A stretch of 49,697 nt of DNA, filler included, from Sphacelaria rigidula (GCA_964200075.2; 3 parts of 3 records of this genome joined end to end with filler, not necessarily neighbours in it); one strand, 5' to 3'. Shown: positions 36,501 through 49,690, numbered from the whole stretch's first letter. Numbers and translations: made by a program. The notes: generated by a model from the letters alone, not told the origin.

Positions 36501-37699
36501 GGATGAAAACGGGTCGTCCGCAGTGTGGTACTTGCACGGGACACTGTCGAACACTGATGCGAGTTATGGCGCGTCTGCGGCTGAGTCCAGCTTGAGACCG
36601 CCAACCACTCCTGGTATGTAGCTCTGTTTTTGCTGAGGGCGCGAGCGACAAACGGAGGTCATCTCCCGAGTTTTTCACCACTCCGCTTTTTCTTGAGTCG
36701 CGTAGCACCCCTGTCGAACACCCCTGGGTCGACATCTCCCCCTGTTTAGCACTGATCCGGAATGTTATCACATTTCCTTCTAAACCCCCAAACTCTCGAA
36801 ACAACGGTACTGCGCGTTCAACAGGAACAGACGGAAGGTTCTCGAATGGTGCCGGTGGCGCCGTATCGACCGGTAGAGGCGGAGGAGAAGGAGACGCCGT
36901 GGGACGCTTTCTGCAACGACTGGCAGACACCTCCTCCACCTCGTCTATTCTGGGGGACCTTCCCCCGGAAGAGACAGATTTGCCTCCTTCTGGTAGGCGG
37001 AAGGAAAAAAAGGGGCAGCCGGGAGGACAGGGCAGCTCCGCTGATGTTGAAAGGTGGGCAAAGGAAACCGTCCGGGTGACATCGTCCACAGCCAAGATGA
37101 GGGTAAGAGCAGCCGGTGACGGCGAACGAGATGACGGTAGCGAAGGTGTTCAGCGCGAGGGCAACATTGGTGTCGCATCTGGCGAGCGAAATAGGGGCGG
37201 TGCTGGTGATGCCGGTGAACAGCACAGCCGTGCTGTAGAAGCGCCTGTAGCAGAGCCGCCGGGCGCTGAGGAAACTGCCGAAACTGACGCTGGTGATGCG
37301 TTGCTACATGTTGTACCGCCGTCACAGCCACCCCCTCATTTGGTCCTGTTCGCCAGGGCCAAAGGGCGACCGTTCGTGTATTGTGGAGAGGTTGACTGCG
37401 TCGCGCAGGAGTATGTGTGGAGCGCCGGCTCCACGCGACTCGGAGCCGTGAGGTTGACCCTCGCTCTCCGACAATGGCGGGAGGCGGCTGCGGCAGCAAC
37501 GGCAGATAGTACTAGAGGTGGGGGGGGTGGTTATGGTGGTGGGAATGGCAGTGGCGAACGGGGTGAGGTGGGGGTTGAGGTTGTCGATATGTATCGAAAG
37601 AGCAACGAGTTCAGCCCAAGGGGTGGCCTGCAGTTTGAAGAGGGATCAGACGTTTTTGCGGATGTCGTTCTGGAAGGGTTGAGACCCCCGTGGTTGTAA
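33576..37699 (+). CDS. DEDDy 3'-5' exonuclease (MUT-7/EXD/WRN-exo-like) fused to a C-terminal DUF3427/SRA(PUA)-like domain; 5' part missing at contig edge
   Basis: Phase-consistent exons ~33576-33738, 33927-34054, 34455-34523, 34961-35214, 35798-35950, 36492-36613 and 36825-37699 (TAA). Exonuclease part: DFVNLMRSYPHLACF..VVDL..SLSRLSGLVLGKRLDKSEQCSDWGTRPLSGRQKRYAALDA (ExoIII YxxxD). C-terminal part: RFNRHQNFVEFGDGFALLMN..FLDENGSSAVWY..LVLFARAKGRPFVYCGEV..LTLALRQW. Confidence 0.85.
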
Positions 37700-38439
37700 G
37701 TAAACAGAATAGAGGTGGTTGGGGTTATGATTGTTTTGGCCCACTCACCGAGGGCTTTACTTTTTAGACCCCCATGACAAGGTTCTTTAGGATGAGGAGG
37801 GTCGAGGAGACTGTTTCTGGAATCTCGGGTGCCTCTTGAGTGTTGCTGTATGCGCAGGGACCAAAACCCTGCTTAGCTTGCCTACGCGGTGTTGCCAAGT
37901 TTCTCGGCGATTTCGATCGTACATAGCGTGTTTCATTTGAACTTCGTCGCACCACCCTGTAATATGTCAGCCTGGATGTCAACCCAGAGTACTCATACAT
38001 CCCATCATTGTCAGAAACAAGAAGATGCACCTGATATGAGGAAAAAAGGTTTTGTTCAAGCACGAAGAAGGCATTATTCACGTCGACGTACGTTGAGCGC
38101 CAAGTTCCACGAGATGGACTCTCATGGAGGCTCACATGAAGCTTTCGCTCATTGCTCCAAGCCGGTACTTCCGTTCACCTGATCCGTCAACTTATGGAAC
38201 CGCCAGGTCATTTTCCCAGGATTCTAGATCGCTTGATGTCGATACTCCAAGTCGTGATCGCCGCATTAGACATAGTCAAAAACAGGGTGCCCAAGTGATT
38301 GAGCCACCAGCTAGTCGAATCGGCCAAGTGGTTCGAATCACACACTTTTGCCTTCCGACGCCAAGAAACAGCTGGCCCGTTGTCTCGAGTATCTTGCTAA
38401 ATTCAGGCCGCGTGTTGAGCGTAGCAGCTGACAGTTTTA

Positions 38440-40230
38440 GTTGAAAGTCGAAGGTCTACTTAAGCCCGTGACGAGGTTGAACTTGAAGGTCGAATGTTCA
38501 AGTATTGAAAAATCACCATGAAGGTTCAGCTCGAAGCTGCCTTCAACTCAGAGCTTTCGGCGAGGTTTGAACCTTCACTTGCACGTGTATCGGGCTCAAA
38601 CAATCGAAATTTCAAGTTGAACCCCGCAGCAAAGAACCTTGAACCTTCAATTTGATTATTTGATATTTGACTGAACCCTTTCGGGACCGGCCTTCAGAAT
38701 GACCAATGAGGCTGGTAAGGGATGGCATGTGCGGCGTCTGCACGAAACAGTGGCTTTATATGAAAATTCACGTTTGTAACCGCCGCATCCAGGGTTAGGA
38801 GGAAGATCAAAAGTTTCATTCAATCTATTTTCAGGTTCAGATACAAACTGTAATTCGGGTGGGGTGTGCATTACGTCGTGGGTGATGTACTTTCGATGAA
38901 CGAGCAGTATGGGTCGCCGTGGAGAGCTTTCAACAGGATGCGGCGATCGGCGGGCCGCCCGCCACTTGTGACTTAGCATGATATCATTGTCGCTACCACG
39001 TTGCCACACAGCCCTTTGTGGTCGGGGTAGGCCGCGATTACATTCTTTGTTGCAAGCGCAACTTCTCTTCGAAGGGTATGGACGTTGCGGCGCACATACA
39101 TATAGTGCAGTACAGTACAGTGCAGAACGCCTCTCCGACTGCAGTAGCAGCTACCGCTGTATACTCCCTTGCACGTTCTGAGCAGTTCTCAGCGACAGAG
39201 ATCAGCTGCCTATACACAGTTTCTTCATCCCCGCCCATTACATACATGTTCATAGTGTCCTGCACGTCATCGGCAGAGGGATAAGCAAAATTCATGACGG
39301 TAGCTCCTTTTGTCTTTCCATGGCCTACCTGGTTTGAGTACCTCGTGAAAATGACCACATTGTGGTATGTACACTCCTTCCCGGGTTTTTTCGCTCCACC
39401 CTGTGTTAGTGTAATTACTACGCCTTAGTATAGGATTGCGACCCACTAAAAAAAGTGGAAAATCTCGGGAACGCTTCACTGAGTGCAAGTTATACCATAA
39501 CATCAAGCTGCGACCACCCTGCTTTTGGAAACCTGTAAAGGCTTATCTGGGCCAGGAATAGGGGTCCCACACGATCTTTGCAGTGGAATCACAGTCGATA
39601 ACAACCCCGCGCTGGTCATTTGGGTCTGGTCGATAAATTTCGCCTCGCCGTGATTGGGTAGGTCGCTCCCCGACTTATTTTTTACTATTACACCAACACA
39701 GGGTCAACCCTATGTTAGTGGGGGGTCGGTCCCAAAAGGGGTACGGTTGAGGACATGGTTTCACTTCGAATCTTCAATTCGGTCTAGAAGTTGCACTTGG
39801 ACCTTCAGTTTGAATATAAGACCAAGCTTGAGATTTAAAGGGGAAGAGATACTTCCGAACTTAGTTTTGAACTTCCAAGTTGAAGGTCGGCCTACATGAA
39901 AAAATATTTACTTTAATCTTTACCGTTTGAGTTGAGCCTCCAATTTTCCGACTCAGGCCGTGTCTTATCAAATTGTTTTCGTGTCGAAAACGTGCAGTCG
40001 AATCGAATTCCCTCGTTTCTGATTCGCCCACGCTCTGTATTTTTTCAGATGGTTGAGAACATGGATGCCGTGGACGTATCAGGTAAGAGCAAACTCGATT
40101 CCACCGTACGATGTCGAGTCGAAGACAATTTGAGAAGACAGGGCCTTAAAGTTAAAATCGAATCGATCATGAACCTTCAACTTTCAAGCCAAAGGTTTAA
40201 GTTCAATATTCAAGTCCCTTGGAGTTCAAG
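38440..40230. mobile_element. Decayed repeat element built from TTGAA/TTCAA motifs (foldback/MITE-like), split by a nested insertion
   Basis: Dense TTGAACCTTCAA / TTGAAGGTCG / TTCAAGTTGAA variants at ~38440-38675 and ~39760-40230. Confidence 0.5.
38676..39740. mobile_element. Non-autonomous TIR DNA transposon (piggyBac-like CCC termini), ~1.07 kb
   Basis: Left end CCCTTTCGGGACCGGCC (38676-38692) matches the reverse complement of the right end, CCCTTTTGGGACCGACC (39724-39740), at 15/17. The flanks TGAA and GTAC are only weakly TTAA-like. Confidence 0.55.
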
Positions 40231-41450
40231 TGACAATCACACGCCTTGGCCGAGCACCACGTGATCGTCCCCAACCCGTCCCGCAGGGAGGACGTTGCTG
40301 TCGATGCCCGCAAACGATATATACGCCCTTGCCAACAGAGGAAGTGGCCTGCGGAAGTCTTGTGCCCACGTTACGTCACATGGTGCAGGACCGACCACTG
40401 AGCAAAACCGGTACCATGGGACGATTCCTACTTGGACTGCAACACAAAGCAGACTCCGCTCGATTACCCTTGCTGTCCTGCTGCGCACACGGCTACTGGC
40501 CTCAACCAAGCGGACGTACTTCACATATTTGTAGAGGCCAAGGCTGATCTCGACGCGGGTGTGAATAGTTATCTCGTATCAACACCCATGCAATACGTCT
40601 GCGTGGCGGGGAGTTGTAATTCGATCGCTGCCCTGTTGCATCACAAGATGGATATGAACGGCAAGGACAGCATCGAGATATCGCCACTAAATGTTGGCCA
40701 GTATGAAGCTGTAACCAAGACCGGCTGAGCTCCCGAGGGCACAAATGAGACGCTGATGAGACCAGCGCCGACAACGACGGCCACGGTGCTTACTATGTTG
40801 TTGAGCGCAGGAACCATGCCACTATAGGGGTACTGTAGCATGTTCCTGCCCAGATTGTTCTCATTTTGAGGCTCCTACAAAGCGGAGTTACACAAAGTAT
40901 GGATCAGGAAATTCCCGTTCCAAAATCCGTTCGAGGCATCTATGGGAGTGCTAATCGTGGCGTGCTCGCATATTTTGCGTGAGTCTTTGTCGGATGAGAT
41001 GAAGGGCTTCTACAAGTTCAAACCTCAGAAACATTTTGTTCACCCTTACCGAGGAATTACTCATAGGTTAGTCAGAACACTAGAGCTGAGGGTTTGGAAC
41101 GCATGTGCCAGCTGATGACAAACGCTCGGACGAATTGATCATGGCATCAGCGGGGCTTGCTGGCCCCGTGTCGTGTCGTCGACAAGGCTCGGCTCGCATC
41201 TGTTGACAATCCAGGGACTGGCAGCAGCATGGAGTAAGCGCCTCCAATGAGCGGCCAAGCCAGAGGCAAACCTGACATGTCACAGGAAGGTGAGAAGAGT
41301 CGGTGGTGATGGTGACGGGACGGGCAAGTCGACGACAAGCTGCGATGGGGCGACATGTTTGCTGAGTGATGCATTATAAAAAAGAAAGTTGGTTGGGTAG
41401 AGCTACTGGAGTAGGACGGCCTGTATCGCGCCGTTGTGAGCCACTTGTAG
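40231..41450 (+). pseudogene. Ankyrin-repeat protein pseudogene (brown-algal expanded family)
   Basis: Ankyrin-like AHTATGLNQADVLHIFVEAKADLDA, STPMQYVCVAGSCNSIAALLHHKMDMNGKD and ISPLN. The tail ERMCQLMTNART*SWHQRGLLAPCR and final LLE*DGLYRAVVSHL* resemble the C-termini of Ectocarpus ankyrin proteins. Stops, frameshifts and a likely insertion at ~40830-41080. Confidence 0.7.
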
Positions 41451-44226
41451 GCGATGAAACCGGCCTTTCATTCTGTAGGCATGCCCTTCATCTGTGAATT
41501 GTTCACTCGACGACTAGCCGAACATGTCCAAAGGTGGGTCTCAGAGAGGTTACCTATTCTACAGCAACTGTGCGGCCACATCGCTAAGGCCTACTTCGAT
41601 TCAAGTGTCAGGTGCACAAACCAAGGTTCTACAGGCCCACCTCGAGTCCTCAGCAGCTGTCGAATTGGTGTTTATTACAAAGATATAGTTTCCTCGAGAA
41701 CATGTGCTGTATTCCAATTCCACTTGATTGTTTCCAGGCCACCTTGCACTTGCTTGCTTACCGTTCCTCCAATATTGTCTTCCCCTTTCTACCTAAGGGT
41801 CTGCCTGTTGGTGCTTGACGGAACCCGCTTGCCACTTCCGATAAGCTACGGCTCGCTTGGAGACGTATAACACTGTGTTTGAAGGAGTAAAAGGTACTGT
41901 GGCGCAAGGGCGTGGAAGGCGATCCCTCCGACAGCGTCTTCGCGCTTACTGCCCCAGTCAGGGCCTTCTCGCACATATATCAAAATTTAGCGGCGAATAG
42001 ATTGAACAATCATACGGAGGGCCGCGGATCTTTGCGGTTTGTGTGCAAGGATATGAAAGACGTACAAGACTTGAGAGGTACGCGGAGACTTGGCAGAGGT
42101 GCCTAGACAACAGGGAATGAGGTATGCGGAATGACTGCGAAAGTCAACCCCTGCGAAACTGAAACCGCCATCAAGTATCGGTTCACTTTCAAGGCGCACG
42201 GTATATGTCATGTGTGCAAAGCACACGTAATTTGTGAGCAACAGAACAGAAATCGCTTCAGTCCACGCCCAGCGCTAGAGCCATCAGGGTCGACGAAAAC
42301 GAATATTGGGGGAAGTAAAAACGCCGCTGTCGGAACCCGCAAAAATACTGTGTACACACTCCGCATAACGCGTGTGTTCGAAGTCGATATGTGCCACAAC
42401 ATTTCGAGCGCCAGGCTGCACCCGCGATCACCCCGCGATGCAGTGCGTGCAGCTCTGTATAACGATTTTTACTGTCATCGTCTCTGTTGCTATTAATACT
42501 TTGTGGAGCTACTTGCACTTCTCTGTCTTGCAAACTTCATGACAGACGGTCACCTCATGTGCCAGCTGTTGTTGTGCACAACCCTATCTCGTCAGCGCAG
42601 GGTGTGTTTGAGGTAGTTGAAGTCAGGGATGTTCTCTTGATGCTTTGTACCGAGGTTTGCCATTACAGGTGATACTTTCGACATGTTGCATGGCATAGGA
42701 CCGCAGAGGTTTCTTCGGACAACCTGTGGCTCACGTGGGCCTCGGAGAGACGGCGACAGGATCAGTCACAGCGAGGGCGATTCACTGCGAAAAAACAAGG
42801 TGGATACGCACGTCACACCCCAGAGTTCGGCGCCTTGTTACTCTGATAGCGTCCCGCGCATACCTCCACCGGTTCGTTTCGTCTCGATATTGATGACCCT
42901 TTCTCATCTGTATTGTGAGTTTGGATTGCATGAGGCAATCGTGCGAAATTCCTTGACCGGAAAGCTCCTGAGATATTTATTTCAAGAGCAAATGTACATC
43001 AACACGAAGTAATACAAAAGTTCGCATCGTCACATTGACTGGAATAGACACTTCACAGTCAAGGGATTCAGGGCCACTGCTACCATTAAATGGCACGGAA
43101 GATGGTGTCGGTAACTTACCTCTCACAGCTCTCTTGTTCTTGCCGTAGCCCCTTCAGCACAACGAAAAAATGAGGCTAGCTTTACTTAGTACTTCGATGT
43201 CCAAGCTATTGAGCTAATTCACCGCGTACTCGCTGCATGCCTCACTCTAAACTGCAGAAAGCTCCAGAATAATCCTGAGCAGCGCAAATTCGCCTGCGTG
43301 CTTGTAAGCGCTGGGTCCTTCGTACAAAATTTTCCAAGTATGTTACTGCGGATCGCAAGGCAGCGTACGACCCAATCGTAGAGCGACAATTGCTGCGATG
43401 ACCATCTCTCTGTCATCAAAAGGAGAAGTCCTTGGCCTCCGCCTGCAGAACAGGAGCGCAGGCGCCAAGGATAGCGTTCGCACGGGCGCATTACGAGTTG
43501 TCATTCTGTCGAAACGGGGGGGTTGCGGTGAGTTGTCGTGGCACGACACCACATGAGACCAGCAGACGAAGGTGATGACCGCGGCTATTCGACTTGAATG
43601 GCCGAAAGGACGGGATGGAAATGGAGTTCCACCGCAAGCTCTGGGGTTGGCAACCGAGGTTGATTAGACAGCTACAGATATGGCGAATCAGTGCCGAAGC
43701 TTCATGATCCTGAATGGGCTACTAGTTGCCACAACTGCCACAGTCCTGAGGCTCGGGCCCGACCTTCTCCCGGAAGTGCCGCAAAATCATCGCCCGCGGC
43801 GGGTAATGCTCGTTGAGGGGACGTTGGTTGATAGAGAAAGGTGATACGACAAGCCAATCGGACATAGCCATGTTGCTTAGAGGTATGAAGAGTGGCAGGT
43901 CACAACGGGGACAACAAGCGAATCAGCGGGTGATCCCACGGCGGGAATAATGTTCGGTTCGAAACAACACCGTAGCGGACCTGAACTAAAAATACCTTGT
44001 CTCGAAGCCCGGTGCTATTGCCCATCGCCTCGGCCCGAATCTCGTCGTGTTTTGCACCGGCATCAGCAGCAAAAAAAGCTCTGGCGACTGCACTACACCT
44101 TCTCTGGGTAGCGATGTGTACAACTTGATCAGGACCCCTCTATTAATATTCGGGCGTATCCGTGGAGAACTCATTGCCCACAAAGATCATCCCAACATGC
44201 GAAATATACCTTATGCTTTGGTCATG

Positions 44227-45410
44227 TCATTCACGCACCTGCCCTTCGCGGTCGAAGACAACTGGTAGCCCAATCATAGATGTGACTGCCCTAAATCTAG
44301 CGCGAACTCGCTGTGCAATTTGGACCACGTCGGAATCTGTCATATTTTCTCGCGGGACAGTCTCCGCTAGCTTCGCTACGGCGCGCATCGATGCCAGGGC
44401 CTTCTCGCTGAACGGAAATTTGTCTTGTTGTCACCGCGAGACAAGTGTAGATGGAACGAGGCGGCAGTATGTCGTAGAAGCAAACGGAGGCGCGGGGCGA
44501 TGACATGCCGCATGGTAAATGACGCAGTCGAATATCAAAACCGAGCCTCTGCGAACCCTAGACTTGGCACGACAACAGTAGTTAACCTGGAGCTCGTGAA
44601 CGGTTTGTCTAACCATTAATCAGGTACATGATGGTTTGGTCATCGAGCGACGCAGCCGCGAGCCAAACAGCCCCCCCCCGGCAGAGGGCCCCCTGCCGGA
44701 GGCACACTTTTACGCGATTTGACTTCACTAAAGCTGAAAAATACGGTACATTTGGGCCAAATTTCAAGGGCTGTATGTAGCATACCTAACCGGTAACGGT
44801 AAATAATGGTTTAAACCATTGTCCAAAATTTCATATAGCCATCACCATTATTATGATTATGGTCAGTAATAACTGGTACCATTTCCGAGCTCGAAGGTGA
44901 CAAGCGTCACGGGTTCTAATAATATCATTAATGGGTAACTGCGTTAGTTCAGCGACAGGACTCACAGTATGGCCCATGCTGTCAACTTGACAAACTACTT
45001 GTGCAACCTACTCGTGTACACCAAGATTGAACAAAGGAGACTTTTTAGCGTCTGCGTGAAAGATGGTGCGTGCGATGTTGAAGGACGCGCCACGCGTCAC
45101 AACCTACGTCGGAGTTGAACTCTTCTATTCACGAGAATTAACAGACAGCAATACCCCCCGCCCACGCACCCACCGACCCCCCCCATACACGAGACTCGCT
45201 GAATGATTTCACACCTGAGTTCTCCTCGTTCAAAGCTAACCATGCCAGGCAGCATCCCCTGCAAAACCCCATCTCAGCGGCAGTCCGAAATCCTTTTCCC
45301 CGGCCCATGCCCTCCCCTTCCTTGAAACCTCGCGCTTTGCCGTCTTCTCGGCCGGCGCTTTTGCCCTCTGCGACAAGGCGGTCATCTAGGAGCACAACAT
45401 CATCAAACAT
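44227..45410 (-). CDS. LTO1: LTO1/ORAOV1 homolog (Yae1_N deca-GX3 domain; Fe-S maturation adaptor for ABCE1/Rli1)
   Basis: Exon 1, 45410-45215: MFDDVVLLDDRLVAEGKSAGREDGKARGFKEGEGMGRGKGFRTAAEMGFCRGCCLAW. Phase-1 intron. Exon 2, 44423-44239: DKFPFSEKALASMRAVAKLAETVPRENMTDSDVVQIAQRVRARFRAVTSMIGL. It ends either by read-through to TGA at 44227-44229 or in an unresolved third exon (donor at 44238). Confidence 0.85.
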
Positions 45411-48400
45411 TATGCTGCGGATAGTCGCTAATGCCTGCCCTTATGCGCTATTTTCTTCCGCTGCTACGCTCGTCGCCGCTGGACTGTATGTTTTGTCTTG
45501 GTTTTACTCTAGTGTGGTGCGAGATCGGTATGTGGATGCCTGCTCAAACGTTACTCTAGCTTTTCAGGAAAAACCAGGTGTTTTCGCCTGAAACGAAACC
45601 TTTAATTGGGGGTAAGGTGAAGCACAATATTTTCAATCCCACAGGTATGGCAGTCGAGCAGTGCAATTGGGCAGGCGCTGGCTTCAACAGCACGAGTGCT
45701 GACTATACCGCACCCCGAGGCTTTAAATTCGGAACGGATTTCAAGGTCATGATATTTTTCATTGGTTGAATTCTCGCCGCGATTTTGGTCGATGACTTCC
45801 CGGTACCATTTTTACGTAATTCCGCGCCTGTCCTTGTTCCTCGACACAGCACAGTACCTGTACCTCAGGGGGTTGACGCTCAGCTCAGTACATAACCGAG
45901 GACATAGCTGGACATACACGTGGCATTTTTCTCCACTGTATTAGGATACGGGCCTTCATTTCTGCTAAAGGTGTGTACAACGTGCGCTGGCCGACAGCGA
46001 AATGTTGTCCTCTTTTCTCTGGTGAACCCTTCCTGCAAAATCTTACTTGCACTTGACACTACACCACAGCACAGCAGTTTGGTGAAGTCAATGCAATGCT
46101 CTACACCGAAAGGGCTCTAATAGCACGGTAGGTAGTTGAGCAGGCAGCAGGGCAAGATTTCGGTGCAGCGCTGGAACGTAGCTCAAGTGCTGATACATGG
46201 CCTAAGTTGAGCTCTTCGTTGGATCTCTACTCCTGGCGGAGCGCACACCTCCTGTTTCTCAGACTGTAACGTTTTGACTGCAACCCCTTTTTTTTTCTCG
46301 ACAATCGGAGCAAGGGCACAAAATGGACGCTCCACTTCCCGCAACGTGTCGCGTTTGTCAACAAAGCTCTCGACCGAAGGTACGCAAATGAGCCTCTTGA
46401 ATGCGCTCCCAAATGGTTTGCCATGAGGATGACCCGCTGCAGTCTTACTTGTAGTGCCAAAGCCCGGTGTTGATGTGACTGACAATGGGTCGCCCGCCTG
46501 GCGATATCGGCATGGTCGAGAAATGTTGGGCGTGTCTGCAAGCTTTAAAAACACGACTGTGTGCGCGAGGAGGCTCTCAGCAGACAACCGAGAGTGGCAG
46601 GGGTTGTGCGGGGTATGAAGTGCAACAACTGCGATCAAGGAAAATCAGGCGTTTTTTTTGCACCCGTGATCCAGTAGCCTCTCTGCATCGCAGGAGCGTA
46701 CTAACTCGCCGAAAATCGCGTCCGCGTGCAATGCAACATACCGTGTCGGATGTTGAATTCGAATTTTGTGATGGATACACTGCACAAATAAAGCACCAAC
46801 CGCCTACCCTTGTGCTCACTTCAACTGGGTGACGCTCCTTGGGGGAACGGGGGACAGGGGACGGAGGGGTCAGTGCGGGAATATCAAGTGGGTAATGATT
46901 GTCTTGGCACGTGGCCGGTCAGTAGGCCACCCGTTTTCTCGTGATGCATGCTTGAATCTCCAGGTTATTACTATCAGCGGATGTTTCTAATATGGGAGCG
47001 CTGGTATGGATCTGCTGCGGGTCTGAAAGTCAAGGGAAATTTTCTCCGCCTTCGGAAGGGTGCAAAACTGATTTGTGCTGTCCTACTCGTTGCCTCTCGA
47101 GTGGGCAGATGTTCAGAAGGATACGTTTGGCTGCAATCTGGAACATTTCACTATTTCATTGAACGGTTCGTGATGAGTTCCGAAAGCAATCGTCTCTTGG
47201 CCGCGAGGCTGTTACCATCGGCCGAAAGTCTGCTGTGCACGGCGGCATTACTCCACGTTTCCATGGCCAGGCTACCCGTAGCCTTGATGCGGCGATTCCT
47301 TGAGAGAGCAGAGTGCAGCCCTCCTTTCGCGCCACGTGGATAGCGCTGCTTGAACTCTGCCAAAACATACCCGCGGGTGTGCTGATCGACGGTACGTCGA
47401 CGACGCGTTGCTTGTTGACCTGGTCGGGGCCATCCCTGTCCTTTCGGCATGCGGGTTGGTTCATTGAGAGCTGCGTATCGGCTGTGCTCTGTGAAGGTGG
47501 ATCGAAAGTAGCCAAATGTTTGCTCATCTGTCTCAAAATAATAGCACAACGAACATGCCCACAAAACTACGTGGCGAGCCCGCCGCCGCTACTGCGGGGA
47601 CAATGCTACAGCAAAAATGGTCAACATTAACGTGTCGTCGAGAGCTCATGTTGCTATTCGGAGAGATCCGCGAGGGAAAAACCCTTAGCGAATGTACATC
47701 TAGCCCTCAACACCGTCGAAATGCCCAGCCCTGGATGTTCTCGTAGCCAGCTGAGAAGAAGGCTTGATATACGTTGGGGTATCCCGATCTTGCTCAACAA
47801 CGCTGGCAAGACTCATCGTACGGTAGATTCTCGGCCTGCCCGCGACGGGCTCTGAAGCGTTTGATTTGAAACGGATTACAGTTTGTCGGGTGCCCAATCG
47901 TCCCCTTACAGGATAAGGTGTGTAGGCACGAAAATACGTCGCGAAACGAACTAGATTCTAGATTCCCCCTCGTATTCCCCTCGCCGCCCACTTCCCCGTC
48001 CTCTGTCTAGGTCATCTTCGGTCCCGTAATGTTTAGCAGTCTAGTGTAGACCACCTACCTGAATTTGCTGGTGGAGAAGGGCTCAACGCGAATTCGCACA
48101 ATACCATCACCATACTGTAACGTGAATATAAGTCGCGGTTTCCCCCCTCCCCGACCCGCTCGTCCCTATAACCCTGCCCAGGTGAGGAGCGGCGAAACCA
48201 TCGTGTGCAAAAAGGATACGGGATCGCTCGATTTGGAATCTAACGGGGTCTGCTGTTTGGCGAATCAACAGGAGCAGACGACGAGATGGATACAGGTGAA
48301 GGAAGTGGGATTAGTTGTCGCCCTCACTCGGCGCCCGGCGCATGTTGCCAAGCGTTTGCATCGCGTCGCTTCCTAGTACATTTTAGGGCGGGGAAGAGCG

Positions 48401-49560
48401 GAAAAATCGAGCGGGAGGCAGAGAGACGAGAGAGGAAGAAAGCAAAGATGCTGCGGGTGCAGTCTCCTCCAGTGCTCGCTGTAATCCGCTGTGTGACAAG
48501 GAAGGGAAAAAAGTGACGGGGTCGCGTTTTTCTAGACAATATGCCACTTAGGGTTATGCTAAATAGTATTTGCTGTGTTTATTCGATAGGTTGAGGATGT
48601 CATGTATAATAGCTCACATCTCTCATTCTCGGGCGAGTCAGTGGGTGTCGGTGAGATCTCCATCGGAAAAGTGTTTATGGAGATATGATTCGAGTCTTGC
48701 ACGAATATTGCAGCCCCCGCAGTGGGTCAGGTTTGGGACAGCTCTTGGAGCCCAAAATACGTGAGAATGATCCACACTAGAAGTCCATATGAAAGTCATG
48801 ACCCTCATTTTGTTAGCAACGTCAAAAGCAAAGATGGCTGCCCTCACATGAGCTGCTCAACTGATGAATATTACATTTGCATCGCGTTTTTGACGAAGCC
48901 ATGAAGTTGGGCGTACTGACGCGCAAGTACGGTTGAGACACAACTGCATGTAACAGGGATCGATTGGAAACTGAGATCTCGGGTGTTTGTAATGGCCTAC
49001 TTTTTTTGTTTTCCCCGTCATGTTTCCGTCCCCTCCCCTTCCTCAGAACGTTTCTACGATCTCCAGGGATCGACTCAGCTCTCTCCCGGTACATGCCTTG
49101 TATTTCGGTATCGTGGATTGAATCATGACTAACACTCCCGACAGTGACGACTCTCGTCGAACACTCTCGGTCGAACAAAACAACTGTTGCTACTCACGTC
49201 CCCGCACTTCTAACGACGGAAATCAGAAAAAAAAAAAAGCGCATCTGGTGGGGATGGAACCCACGTTCTTTTCACCCTAATAATGTCAGTTGCACCCTTT
49301 GACCACTGGGACGCGGCGTCTACTGTGAGTTCAGTATTGATGTGTGCTTCTTGACAGATGTCGATTAGAAGATTACCCATTTTGGCATCTTGTTTTTTCC
49401 TTTTAGCACTGGAAAATTTTGAAGCCAGTCAAAAATATGTCATCTGGGAGGGAGGGGAGCGAACTCTTTATTGTGCACCGAACACAAACTCGGTGGACTG
49501 AGAAAATTTTGCGCCATATTGTGAGATCCAGCCAGTGAAACATGTTCGCACGTCGGACAG

Positions 49561-49690
49561 ATGAGCTCCCTGTAGCTCGAGCGAGCTCTTTTTGAGCGTA
49601 GCTCCCTAGTGAGCTATGAGAGCTACATGAGCTACGCATGTTTTTCCTGGGGTGAGCTATGAGAGTTGTATGAGCTACGCATGTTTACCG
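49561..49690. repeat. GAGCT-motif cluster with a 35-bp direct repeat (likely transposon subterminal repeats at contig end)
   Basis: GTGAGCTATGAGAG-N4-ATGAGCTACGCATGTTT occurs twice (~49609 and ~49652) amid many GAGCT/AGCT motifs. Confidence 0.75.

Noticed and set aside
41450-43150. Scattered short ORFs and splice-like sites
   Set aside because: No coherent frame or homology; treated as intergenic or decayed repeat DNA.
43200-44423. LTR-retrotransposon gag-like ORF on the minus strand
   Set aside because: The helical coding part (44423-44239) is LTO1 exon 2, and the rest shows no convincing CCHC, protease or LTR.
45570-49500. Possible exons (e.g. 45645-45745 +, 47151-47564 -, 47700-47900 -)
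   Set aside because: No consistent splice-phase chain or recognisable domain could be built.
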